A stretch of DNA of 64,000 bases from an uncultured Gammaproteobacteria bacterium (GCA_963710135.1 CAVPYY010000010.1:65833-129832), one strand, 5' to 3'; shown: positions 44,834 to 55,894, counted from the first letter of the stretch. Numbers and translations: made by a program. The notes: a model not told the origin generated them from the letters alone.

Positions 44834-47259
44834 CTAGCCGATGGAGAACTGGAAACCCTCGGTCTCGTCGGCGTAGCGCACGCCCTCGCCCTTGTTGGCG
44901 TTCAGCGCGATACCGTAGCTGAAGCGGAAGATGCCGAGCGGCGCGAGCCACTGGACGGCGATGCCGGTCGATTGCTTGAGTTCATTGTAATCGAACTCGT
45001 AATCCACCGGGGTAACCCCGTCGCGGCCGACGAAATTGATGCCCATTCCCTGGGAGAAGACGTTGCCCATGTCGAAGAAGACGCTGACGCGGGCGCTGGC
45101 CCGCCACTTGTCCGGCACGGGGAAGATCAGCTCGGCGCGGCCCGACGACCTTCAGGTTGCCGCCGTAAGGGTTGCCGAAGCTGTCCTTCGGGCCGAGACG
45201 GCTTTCGCGGTAGCCGCGCACCGTTTCCGGGCCGCCGGCGAAGAACTGCCGGAACGGCGGCAGTGCCGTGGTGTCGCCGAACGCGTTGCCGTAGGCCAGG
45301 TCGGCGGCGAACGCCAGCGTCCACTGGCGCCAGACCGGCACCAACTTCAGGAAATCGTAGTTGACGACGTAGTACTCGACGTCGCTGCCCGGCACGGTCA
45401 CCGACGCGTTCACGGCGTGGCGCGTGCCGCGCGTGGCGAACAGCGCCCGGTTGCGGGTGTCGTACGACCAGCCCGCGACGAATTCCAGGGTCAGAACTTG
45501 GTGCCGAACAACGTCGTGGTGATGTCGATCGGTTCGCCCGTGATCGGGTCGAGGCCTTGCTGGACGATTTCCTGGATGTAGGGATTGCCGTTGTTGCGCA
45601 CCCAGTCGACGGCCTCCCGCGCGCTGTCGAACTGGTTGGTGATCAGGTTGGTCTGCTGCGCGGTGACGCCGAAGCGCACCGCCTGGTACTCCGAGATCGG
45701 GTAGCCGTAGTCGAGCGAGGCCGAGTAGCTCTTGGTGGAGAAATCCGACGATGCCGACACGAACTGCGTGATGTCGCGGTACTGCATCGAGAAGGAGCGC
45801 GACACGCCGTCGATGTTGGTGTACGGGTCGGTGTGCGAGAAGCTGTAGACCTTCCAGAACCGCCCGCCGGCCAGTTCCACCGCGACGCGCTCGCCCGTGC
45901 CCATGAAGTTGGTGTGCACGAAGCTGCCGTTCAGGATGAACGACTGCGACTCCGAGTAGCCGATGCCGCCGCTGAACTGCCCGGGCAGGCCTTCCTTGAT
46001 GTCGAACGACACGTCGACCAGGTCCGGCGTGCCCGGCACCGGGTTGGTCTCGAACTCGACCTTCTCGATGTACGGCAGGCGCTGCAGGCGCTGCTTGGAG
46101 CGCTCGACCAGCGCGTTCGACAGGTAGGACCCCTCGAGCTGGCGCATTTCGCGCCGGAGCACCTCGTCGTTGATGGCGCTGGTGTTCTCGAAGTTGATGT
46201 GGCGCACGTAGACGCGATTGCCCGGATCGACGAAGAACGTCAGGTCGACCGTCTTGGTCTCCGGGTTTTCCTGCGGGCACCGGGTCGATCTTGGCGAAGG
46301 CGTAGCCGTCCTGCCCGAGCCGCAGGCCGCATCAGTTCCTGGGTCTGCGGTGATCAGCTTGCGCGAGAAGGTCTGGCCGGGCTGCACCAGCAGGAACGAG
46401 CGCAGCTGCTCCTCCGGGACCACCATGTTGCCGGCGAGCTTCACGTCGCCGACGGTGTAGACCTCGCCCTCGTCGACGTTGACGGTGATGAAGATGTCGT
46501 CCTTCTCCGGCGCGATGGCCACCTGCGTCGAGGTCGATGTCGAAGTTCGCGTAGCCGCGGTCCATGTAGTAGGAGCGCAGCTTCTCGAGGTCGCCCTGCA
46601 GCGACTCGCGCGAGTAGCGGTCGTCCTGCCGGTACCAGGACAGCCAGTTCGGCGTCTTCAGCTCGAAGTCGTCGAGCAGCGTCTCGTCGTCGAAGGCGTC
46701 GTTGCCGACGATGTTGATCTGGCGGATCTTGGCGCGCTTGCCTTCGACGATGTCGATCGCGATCTTGACGCTGTTGCCCGGCACTTCCTCGACCTTGGTG
46801 TCGATCTGCACCGCGTACTTGCCGCGGCTGAAGTACTGGTCGGTGAGGAAGCGCCTTCACTTCCTCGAGCACCGAGCGGTCGAAGGTCTTGCCCTGCGCC
46901 AGGCCCACGTTGCGCAGCGACTTGCTCGAGGTCCTCGGTCTTGATGTCCTTGTTGCCCGTGATCTCGAAGCTCTCGATCGACGGGCGCTCGAGCACCACC
47001 ACGACCAGCGTGTTGCCGTCGCGGCGCAGCTCGACGTCGCGGAAGAACCCGGTTGCGTACAGCGCGCGCAGCGCCTCGTGCGGCGGCGCTGCGTCGAGCC
47101 GGTCGCCGATGTTGACCGGCAGGTAGTTGTAGACCGTGCCTTCGGTGATGCGCTGCAGGCCTTCGATCCGGATGTCGCCGACGGTGAACTCGCTCCCGGC
47201 CTGGGAGAACGCGCCGTCGACACTGCGCAAGCAAACGCGCCGACGACCCTGCGAAGCAT
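44834..47259 (-). pseudogene. bamA: outer membrane protein assembly factor BamA, at least 9 frameshifts
   Basis: POTRA and barrel segments are recognisable in all three frames (FTVGDIRIEGLQRITEGTVYNYLP..., IRQINIVGNDAFDDETL..., GGIGYSESQSFILNGSF..., C-terminal ...GFQFSIG). Shifts fall at about 47,215, 46,924, 46,853, 46,533, 46,340, 46,312, 46,275, 45,497 and 45,140. Confidence 0.9.
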
Positions 47260-47283
47260 GAGGCGATCGTTCCCCCGGCGCGG

Positions 47284-48662
47284 CTACTGAACAACCGCGA
47301 AAGGTCGTTGTAGAAGGCGAAACTCATCAGCACGACCAGGAAGGCGATGCCGACTCTGCTGGCCGACCGCCTGCGCTCCGCTCCGACAGCGGGCTGCCCT
47401 TCACCACCTCGGCCAGCTGGTAGACGATCTGCCCGCCGTCGAGGATCGGGATCGGCAGCAGGTTCAGCACGAAGAGGCAGACGCTCACGATCGCCAGGAA
47501 GGCGAGGAAAGGTCAGGCCGCCCTGCGCGCGACAAACCGGCGTACTCGCGCGATGTTGATCGGCCCGCTGAGAGTTCTTGAGCGAGACGTCGCCGGTCAC
47601 CATGCTCCACAGGATCTTCACCGTCAGCACTGTCATCTCCCAGGTCTTGCCGAGCGCCGGCGCGATCGCCGCCAGCGGCCCGTGCCGCTCCATGGTGCGC
47701 ATGCTGTCGGGGAAGCTCATGCGGCCGGTCGAGCCCATGCCGATGCGCCCGACCGTGGCGTCGCCTTCGGCCTCCGCCTGCACGTCGACCCGCAGCCGCC
47801 GCTCGCCGCCGTTGCTGACCGACGTCGAGCACGATGCTCTGCCCGGGCGCTCGCGCACCATCGCCACCAGCGCCGGGAAATCCGGCACCTCGATGCCGTC
47901 CAGGCCGACGATCTCGTCACCCGGCACGAGCCCGCCCGGCGGCCGGCCCGCCTTCCTCCACCGAGCCGACGATCGGCGGGCTGACGCGGGTACCAGAACT
48001 CGAAGCCGAGCCCCGTCAGCAGCGCGCCCGGCTCGGTCAGGCCACGGCGCGCCTCGGTCGGCACCTCGAGCACCAGGCTGCGCTCGCGCCCGTCCGCTCC
48101 GCGTCACCCCCAGCGGCATCGCGCCCCTCCTCGACCAGCTGGTCGAGGATGCCGAGCACCGCTCCCTCGCGCGTCGCGACGTCGCGTCCACCGACCGACG
48201 CGATGGTGTCTCCGGACGCAGCCCGGCATTGCGCCGCGATCGAGTCCACGGTGATTTCGCCGACCACCGGCTTGAGCGCCGGCACGCCGTACACGAACAG
48301 GACCCAGAAGGCGAGCGACGGCAAACAGGAAATTGAACCACGGACCGGCCAGCAGCACGAGGATGCGGCGCCAGCGGCGTGCGGCTGGAAGGAGCGCGCG
48401 AGGTCCTCGGCGCGACCGGCCCCTCGCGCTCGTCGAGCATCTTGACGTAGCCACCGAGCGGAATGGCGGCGATCACGTACTCGGTGCGGTCCGGCGCCGC
48501 ACCCGTGCGCGACCACAGGGCCCGGCCGAAGCCGATCGAGAAGCGCAGCACCTTGAAGCCGAGCTGGCGGGCCACCCAGAAATGGCCGTACTCGTGCACG
48601 GCGACCAGCACACCGATGGCGACGAGGAACGCCAGTACCGAGGTGAGTAACGCCTGTGTCAT
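47284..48662 (-). pseudogene. rseP: RIP zinc metalloprotease RseP, at least 10 frameshifts
   Basis: ATG at 48660-48662 gives MTQALLTSVLAFLVAIGVLVAVHEYGHFWVAR (HExxH). PDZ and C-terminal pieces (GLVPGDEIVGLDG..., NLLPIPILDGG by frame-hopping, VGIAFLVVLMSFAFYNDLSRL) are scattered over three frames. Confidence 0.85.
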
Positions 48663-49858
48663 GCCGTGTTCGTCTCCGCCAGGCCGGCCGCTTCGCGGGC
48701 CGCGCTCACGCGCCCAGCGGTCGGCCGCCAGCACGACCGCGAGATCCGTCGCCGGCCGCACCGTGATGGCGCTCCAGCACGGACTCAATGACCTCCGGGA
48801 TCGCCGAAAGTTCAGCCGCCCCTCGAGAAACGCCGCCACCGCCACCTCGTTGGCCGCATTCAGGGCCGCCGGAGCGCTGCCGCCCGCCTCGGCCGCCAGC
48901 GCGGGCCAGACGCAGGCTGGGAAACCGCTCCAGGTCCGGGGCTTCGAAGATCGAGCTCGCCGGTCCGACGAGGTCGAGCGATTCTACACCGGAGTCGATG
49001 CGCTCCGGCCAGCCGAGCGCGTGCGCGATCGGCGTGCGCATGTCGGGATTGCCGAGCTGCGCCAGCATCGAGCCGTCGACGTACTCGACCATGCGAGTGC
49101 ACGATGCTCTGCGGATGTACGACCACGATCTGCACCAGCTCGGGGCCGACCCCGAACAGCACAGCAGGCCTCGATCAGCTCCAGTCCCTTGTTCATCAGC
49201 GTGGCCGAATCGACCGAGATCTTGCGGCCCATGCTCCAGTGCGGGTGGGCGCACGGCCTCCTCGGGCGTGACGCCGGCGAGCCGCGCGCGCGAGGCGCGC
49301 AGGAACGGCCCGCCCGACGCCGTCAGCAGGATCCGCCGCACGCCCGGCCGGCCGCCGCCGGCCTCGCTGCCGGCGGCATGCACTGGAAGATCGCGTTGTG
49401 CTCGCTGTCGATCGGCAGCAGCGCCGCCCCGGCCTCGCTGCACGGCATCCATCAGCAGCGGCCCGGCACAGACCAGCGATTCCTTGTTCGCCAGCAGCAC
49501 GCGCTTGCCGGCGCGCGCGGCGGCGAGCGTCGGACGGCAGTCCGGCCGCGCCGACGATGGCCGCCATCACGCAGTCCACTTGCGGCAGCGCCGCGACCGC
49601 CGCGAGCCCCTCGGGGCCGGCGACGACCTCGGTGGTCAGCCCGCGCGCTGCGAGCGCGTGCGCCAGCTCGGCGGCCGCGTCCCGCGCGCCCAACGCCGCC
49701 ACCTCGGGACGAAACTCGACGCACTGCTCGAGCAGCCGCTGATGGTTGGAGTTGGCCGCCAGCGCCACCACCCGGAAGCGCCCGGGATGGCGGCGAGCCA
49801 CGTCGAGCGTGCTCTGCCCGATGGAGCCGGTCGAGCCGAGGATCGCGACGCCCTTCAT
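48659..49858 (-). pseudogene. dxr: 1-deoxy-D-xylulose 5-phosphate reductoisomerase, at least 8 frameshifts
   Basis: ATG at 49856-49858 gives [20 protein letters not shown]... Later pieces are in different frames: [80 protein letters not shown]. After correcting one base the stop forms an ATGA overlap with rseP. Confidence 0.88.
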
Positions 49859-50656
49859 GCCAGCACCCCCAGCCAGGTCAGACCGAGGGCGAACATCGGG
49901 ATCGCCGCCATCAGGCTGTCGATGCGATCGAGCACGCCGCCGTGACCGGGCAGCATGCGGCCGCTGTCCTTGAGGCCGGTCTGGCGCTTGAACATGCTCT
50001 CGGTCAGGTCGCCGACGATCGAGACGAGCGCGACGGCCATGCACAGCGGCAGGAACGCCTCGCCGGGGAATCCGAAGAAGGCCGGCCGGCCAGGCCGACC
50101 AGCGCCGCCGCCGCCAGGCCGCCGATGACGCCTTCCCAGGTCTTGTTGGGGCTGACCCGCGGGGCGAGCTTGTAGCGCCCGAAGCGCTTGCCGCCGAAAT
50201 AGGCGCCGATGTCGCTCGCACCGGCGATCAGGATCGGAAACAGCAGGTAGGCAAAGCCGTGCTCGCCGGACTGGTAGATGCGCGCCGCGGCGACCCACAG
50301 GGCGCCAGCGCGCACAGGCCGGCGGCGCCGGCCAGCCAGCGGTTGCCCCAGCCCGGCCGCAGGCTCAGCCACAGGAACGCCAGCACCCACCAGCCCAGGG
50401 TCAGCCACAACAGGGTCTCGAGCCCGCCCGGCGCCGCCGTGGCAACCCACAGCGCGGTCATCACTACGGCACAGACGAGCATGTAGCCGAGGCGCCCGGG
50501 GTAGCTGGCCAGCCCGGCGAACTTGGCCCACTCCGAGGCCCCGGCCAGCACCAACAGCGCCAGCGCGCCGATGGCCAGCGGCTCGGGCAGCCACAGCAGC
50601 ACGACGCCGAGCAGCGCCACCAGGATCAGGGCCGTCAGGATGCGCTTCCAGAGCAT
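49855..50656 (-). pseudogene. cdsA: phosphatidate cytidylyltransferase, two frameshifts
   Basis: MLWKRILTALILVALLGVVLLW... is in one frame, ...[37 protein letters not shown] in a second, and FFGFPGEAF...[33 protein letters not shown] in a third. The shifts are at about 50,320 and 50,090. Confidence 0.88.
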
Positions 50657-51417
50657 CAGGCGGGGTTCCGCAGCTGGCCCGCGGTGCGCCCGAAACGGCG
50701 CTCACGATTGGCGAAGCATTCGATCGCCCGGTCGTAGTCGGCCTCGGCGAAATCGGGCCAGAGCGTGTCGCAGAAGTACAGTTCGGTGTAGGCGAGATGC
50801 CACAGCAGGAAGTTGCTGATGCGGTGCTCGCCGCCGGTGCGGATGAACAGGTCCGGCTCGGGCGCATCGCCCAGCGCAAGCGCGGGCCGCGAACGACTCC
50901 TCGTCGATGCGCGGCGGGTTCGAGCTCGCCCGCGACGGGCGTCTTCGGCGACAGCCGGCGCGCGGCCTGCACGATGTCCCAGCGCCCGCCGTAGGAGACG
51001 GCGACGAACAGGTCGAGCCGCCGGTTGGCCGCGGTGCGTTCCTCGGCGAGGCGCATGCCCTCGCATCGAGCGTGGCGCCAGCGCCGAGCGGTCGCCGATG
51101 AAGCGCAGGCGGACGCCGTTGCTCGGTGCAGCTCGTTCGACTTCGCGCTCCAGCGACTTCGACGAACAGCTCCATCAGCACGCCGACCTCGTCGGGCGGC
51201 CGCTGCCAGTTCTCGCTGGAGAACGCGAACAGCGTCAGCGCCTCGACGCCGCGGCGCGCGCAGTCCTCGACGATGGCGCGCACCGCCTTGACGCCGGCGC
51301 GATGCCCGCGGTGGCGCGGCAGTGCCGCCGCTCGGCCCAGCGCCCGTTGCCGTCCATGATGACGGCGACGTGGCGCGGCACGGGCCGCTGGCTGGCACGA
51401 GGATTGGCGGGTTGCAT
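50656..51417 (-). pseudogene. uppS: undecaprenyl diphosphate synthase, at least 6 frameshifts
   Basis: ATG at 51415-51417 gives ...[18 protein letters not shown]. Later pieces are in different frames: [82 protein letters not shown]. Confidence 0.88.
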
Positions 51418-51452
51418 CGGAGGCCGGCGCGACAGTCGCGCCGCGCAGGCTG

Positions 51453-52013
51453 CTAGACCTGCATCAGCTCCTTTTCCTTCTCGGCCAGGACCGCGTCGAC
51501 CTCGGCGACGTACTTGTCGGTGAGCTTCTGCACTTCCTCCTGGGCCTGGCGGTCGTCGTCCTCGCGACAGCAGCTTTTCCTTGAGCATTTCCTTGAGGTC
51601 GTGCATCACGTCGCGGCGCACGTTGCGCATCGCGACGCGCGCGTTCTCGGCTTCGTGCCGCACCACCTTGCCGAGGTCGCGGCGGCGCTCCTCGGTCAGC
51701 GGCGGCAGCGGCACGCGGATCACCGTGCCGGCGGTGTTCGGCGTGAGCCCGAGATCGGACTTCATGATGGCCTTCTCGATCGGACCGCACCATCGCCTTG
51801 TCCCAGGGCGACGATGACCAGCGTGCGCGAGTCCTCGACCGTGACGTTGGCCACCTGGTTCAGCGGCATCTCCGCGCCGTAGTACTCGACGCGGATGTGC
51901 TCGAGCAGGGTCGTGTTGGCGCGCCCGGTGCGCATGCGCTTGTAGTCGTTCCTGCAGGCTGGCACGCACTTGGCCATGCGTGTCGCGGCGTCCTTCTTGA
52001 TTTCCTCGATCAT
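51453..52013 (-). pseudogene. frr: ribosome recycling factor, three frameshifts
   Basis: [17 protein letters not shown]...[41 protein letters not shown], then two single-base shifts around 51,790-51,810. It continues [37 protein letters not shown]..., with one more shift at ~51,555 before ...[13 protein letters not shown]. Confidence 0.9.
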
Positions 52014-52032
52014 GCTCCCTCTCCCGGCAAGG

Positions 52033-52770
52033 CTACAGGCCGTTGGTCACCAGCGTGCCGACGTCCTCGCCATCGACGATGCGGATGAGATCACCCGCGT
52101 TGAACAAGATTGAACACCCTGAGCGGCAGGCCGTTGTCGCGGCACATCACGATCGCGGTCGCGTCCATCACGCCGAGCCGGTCGTTCAGCACCTTATCGT
52201 AGGTCAGGCGTGCGGTAGCGCTCGGCCTTCGGGTTGCGCATCGGGTCGTCGGTCGTAGACGCCGTCGACCTTGGTGGCCTTGAGCAGCAGGTCGGCGCCG
52301 ATCTCGATCGCGCGCAGAGCGAGCCGCGGTGTCGGTGGTGAAGAACGGGTTGCCGGTGCCGGCCGCCAGGATCACGCAGCGGCCCTTCTCGAGGTGGCGG
52401 ATGGCGCGGCGGCGGATGTAGTCCTCGCAGACCTCGTTGATGCGCAGCGCGGACATGACGCGGCACTCGAGGCCGATCTGCTCGAGCGCATCCTGCAGCG
52501 CCAGCGCGTTCATGACCGTGGCCAGCATGCCCATGTGATCGGCGGTGACGCGGTCCATGCCGGCGCGCGCCAGCCCGGCGCCGCGGAAGAGGTTGCCGCC
52601 GCCGATCACCACCGCGACCTGGATGCCGCGCGCCATGACGTCGCGGATCTCGCCGGCGATGCGCTTGAGGACCGCGGGATCGATGCCGTAGTCGCTGTTC
52701 GCCCAGCAGGGCCTCCCCGCTCAGCTTGAGGAGGATCCGCTTCGCGGCGCGTCAGCTGTCGTCCGACATC
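52033..52770 (-). pseudogene. pyrH: UMP kinase, at least 5 frameshifts plus an in-frame TGA at codon 6
   Basis: ATG at 52768-52770 gives [25 protein letters not shown]. Later pieces are in different frames: [38 protein letters not shown]..., [46 protein letters not shown], and [26 protein letters not shown]. Confidence 0.88.
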
Positions 52771-52815
52771 CTGCCCCCGATGGTCGTTCGCATGCGTCAG
52801 ACGGCCGTGATTATA

Positions 52816-52840
52816 AAGAACCCCGCGTGCGCGGGGTTCC
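52816..52840 (-). terminator. rho-independent terminator after tsf
   Basis: The minus strand reads GAACCCCGCGCACGCGGGGTTC (9-10 bp GC-rich stem) followed by TTTATAAT, about 33 nt after the tsf stop. Confidence 0.65.
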
Positions 52841-52872
52841 TCATGGACGAAGATGCGGCGGCCCGGCGCCGC

Positions 52873-53776
52873 TCAGCCGCGCGCCTCGGCGGCCTTGACC
52901 TGCGCCATCACCTCGTCGGCGAAGTTCTCCTGCTTCTTCTCGATGCCCTCGCCGACTTCGAAGCGCACGAAACCCGTCACCTTGGCGCCCGCCGCCTTGA
53001 GCAGCTTCTCGACCGTGATGTCCGGGTCCTTCACGAACGGCTGGCCGAGCAGCGTGATCTCGGCCAGGTACTTGCGCAGCCGGCCTTCGACCATCTTGGC
53101 GACGATCTCGGCCGGCTTGCCCTCCTGGGCCGCCTGCGCGGCGAGGATTTCGCGCTCCTTGTCCACCTGCTCGGCCGGCACGTCGGCCGCGGGTCACGTA
53201 CTGCGGGTTGGTCGCCGCGACGTGCATGGCCAGGTCGCGGGCCAGCGCCTCGTCGCCGCCCTCGAGCGCCACCAGCACGCCGATGCGGGTGCCGTGGACG
53301 TAGCTGCCGACGAGGGTCGGCGCGGATCAGCGAGGCCACGCGGCGCACGGTGATGTTCTCGCCGATCCGGGCGATCAGGGCACGGCGGGTCTCCTCGACC
53401 GTCTCGCCGCCGGCGAGCGGCAGCGCCAGCCACGCGTCCAGCGAGTCCGTGCCGGCCTCGAGCGCGGCCTTCGCGACGCCGCCGGCGAACGCCTGGAAGT
53501 CATCCTCGCGCGCGACGAAGTCGGTCTCGCTAGTTGACCTCGACGATCACGCCGCGTCCTGCCGTCGGCCGCGACGTCTCGACCACGACCACGCCTTCGG
53601 CGGCGACCCGGCCCGCCTTCTTGTCGGCCTTGGCGAGGCCCGACTTGCGCATCATCTCGGCGGCGGCGTCGAGGTCGCCGCTCGGTTTCGACCAGCGCCT
53701 TCTTGCACTCCATCATGCCGGCGCCGGTGCGCTCGCGCAGTGTCTTGACCGCTTCTGCGGTAATCGTCATGGCCAT
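52873..53776 (-). pseudogene. tsf: elongation factor Ts, at least 6 frameshifts
   Basis: [31 protein letters not shown] (UBA-like N-terminus), then fragments in three frames: [35 protein letters not shown], and [51 protein letters not shown]... to the stop at 52873. Confidence 0.88.
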
Positions 53777-53782
53777 ATCGCT

Positions 53783-54801
53783 TCATGCCTTCGCCGGCGC
53801 CGCCCGGCGCGGCACCGGCTTGGCGCCTCGCCATGACCTCGGGCTGCTCGGCGGTGCCTCGCAGCGACCGGCTCTGGCGTGCGGCCTCGCGCGGCCAGCG
53901 CCTCGGCCCTGTCCTCGGCACGGCCTCGGCGAGCCTCGTCGGCGCGCCGTCGGCGGCCTTGGCGCGTCGGCCGGCTTGCGGGTCGCGGGCTGGTCGCGGC
54001 GGCCACTCTTGCGGGCGCGGAGCCGTACGGCGCCGCGCCGCGCCTTGCGGCGCGGATTGCCTTCCTCGTCGAGCTCGACGAATTCGTCCTCGCCGACCGG
54101 CACCTGCCGGCACCGCGGACCTTGCCTTCGATGCACGGCGTCGGCGATGCCGGCGGCATAGAGCTGGATCGCGCGCATGGCGTCGTCGTTGCCCGGGATC
54201 ACGTAGTCCGACGCCCTCGGGCGAGCAGTTGGTGTCGACCACCGCGACCACCGGGATGCCGAGCTTCTGCGCCTCGTGGATCGCGATCTTCTCGTGACCG
54301 ACGTCGATCACGAACAGCGCGTCGGGCAGGCCGTCCATGTCCTTGATGCCGCCGAGGCTGCGGTCGAGCTTCTCCAGCTCGCGGCGCAGCATCTGCGCTT
54401 CTTTCTTGCCGCGGCGCTCGAGCGCGCCCGTGTCGCTGCATCTCCTCGATCTCCTGCAGCCGCTTGATCGACTGCCGGATGGTCTTGAAGTTGGTCAGCA
54501 TGCCGCCCAGCCAGCGCTGGTTGACGTAGGGCATGCCGCAGCGGGTCGCCTCGGCCTGCGATCGCGTCGCGCGCGGCGCGCTTGGTGCCGACGAACAGCA
54601 CGCGTGCCGCCGTCGGCGACGACGTTGCTGCACGAACACCGCCGCCTCCAGGAACAGGGGCAGCGACTTCTCGAGGTTGATGATGTGGATCTTGTTACGT
54701 TCGCCGAAGATGAACGGGGCCATCTTCGGGTTCCAGAAGCGGGTCTGGTGTCCGAAATGGACACCCGCTTCCAGCATCTGTCGCATGGACACGCTGGCCA
54801 T
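53783..54801 (-). pseudogene. rpsB: 30S ribosomal protein S2, at least 7 frameshifts; apparently long C-terminal tail
   Basis: ATG at 54799-54801 is preceded by AAGGAG and gives [46 protein letters not shown]. Later pieces are in different frames: [51 protein letters not shown]...[36 protein letters not shown]. Confidence 0.9.
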
Positions 54802-54930
54802 GTGAAAACTCCTTGTCGGGTTGAGCCTCCGCGACATCCCCATGCGGCAACCCGGACCTCGGATCGGTCCGAGCACCCGGCCGCACGTGACGATACGCGT
54901 GTGGATTTGGTTGCCGAAAAAGCGCCGCGC

Positions 54931-54959
54931 TTTATACCATCTGATCCGCGCCGAAACAA
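54931..54959 (-). promoter_or_regulatory. candidate sigma-70 promoter of rpsB-tsf
   Basis: The minus strand reads TTGTTT-17 nt-TATAAA, with TGg immediately upstream of the -10 (extended -10). It would give a ~120-nt structured leader before the rpsB ATG. Confidence 0.3.
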
Positions 54960-54969
54960 TGTCTTATGA

Positions 54970-55050
54970 GGGTCAGACGCACTCTGTCCCCATCGGTGAC
55001 GCATTGCTGATCGGCAAGTCGAGCCGAGGGGACAGAGCCGCGTCTGACCC
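54970..55050. repeat. long imperfect inverted repeat (REP-like hairpin) in the rpsB/map divergent intergenic region
   Basis: GGGTCAGACGCACTCTGTCCCC (54970-54991) pairs with GGGGACAGAGCCGCGTCTGACCC (55028-55050): ~20 of 22 bp with a ~36-nt loop. It shares the GGGGACAG/CTGTCCCC core with clusters A and B. Confidence 0.75.
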
Positions 55051-55094
55051 CTCCCCGAGCAGCGTCTGACCGCTCCAGGCGCCCGCCCGTGCTG

Positions 55095-55883
55095 ATGGCC
55101 CGCGAAACCCGTGTATCGATCAAGACCCCCGAGGAACAGGCACAAGATGCGCGTGGCCGGCCGCCTGGCGGCCGACGTGCTGGACATGATCGGCCCGCAC
55201 GTTCAGCCGGGGATCACCACCGACGAGCTGGACCGGCTCTGCCACGACTACATCGTCGGTCACGCAGCAGGCGATCCCGGCGCCGCTCAACTACAAGGGC
55301 TTCCCGAAGTCGATCTGCACCTCGGTCAACCACGTCGTCTGCCACGGCATCCCGGGCGACAGGCTGCTGAAGTCGGGCGACATCGTCAATGTCGACGTCA
55401 CCGTCATCAAGGACGGCTTCCACGGCGACACCAGCCGCATGTTCCACGTCGGCAAGCCCTCGGTGCTGGCCGAACGGCTCTGCCGGGTGGCCTTCGAGGC
55501 CATGTGGCGCGGCATCCACATGGTGCGCCCCGGCGCGCGCCTCGGCGACATCGGCCACGCGATCCAGAGCTACGTCGAGGCGCAGGGCTACTCCGTCGTG
55601 CGCGAGTACTGCGGCCACGGCATCGGCCGGGTCTTCCACGAGGATCCGCAGGTGCTGCACTACGGCGAGCCCGGCACCGGCCTCGTGCTCGAGGCCGGCA
55701 TGACCTTCACCGTCGAGCCGATGGTCAACGCCGGCAAGCGCCACGTGAAGCTGCTGCCGGACGGCTGGACCGTGGTCACCAAGGACCATTCGCTGTCGGC
55801 GCAGTGGGAGCACACCATCCTGGTCACCGCAAGCGGCGTGCGAAGTGCTGACGCTCGGCGCAGCCGATCGCGGCGCTACCTAG
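55095..55883 (+). pseudogene. map: type I methionine aminopeptidase, three frameshifts
   Basis: MARETRVSIKTPEEQ is in frame a and HKMRVAGRLAADVLDMIGPHVQPGITTDELDRLCHDYIV in frame b. QQAIPAPLNYKGFPKSICTSVNHVVCHGIP...EYCGHGIG...TVEPMVN...SAQWEHTILVT is in frame c, and the tail CEVLTLGAADRGAT-TAG is back in frame a. The shifts fall at about 55,137, 55,262 and 55,845. Confidence 0.9.
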
Positions 55884-55894
55884 GAGCACCGCCG

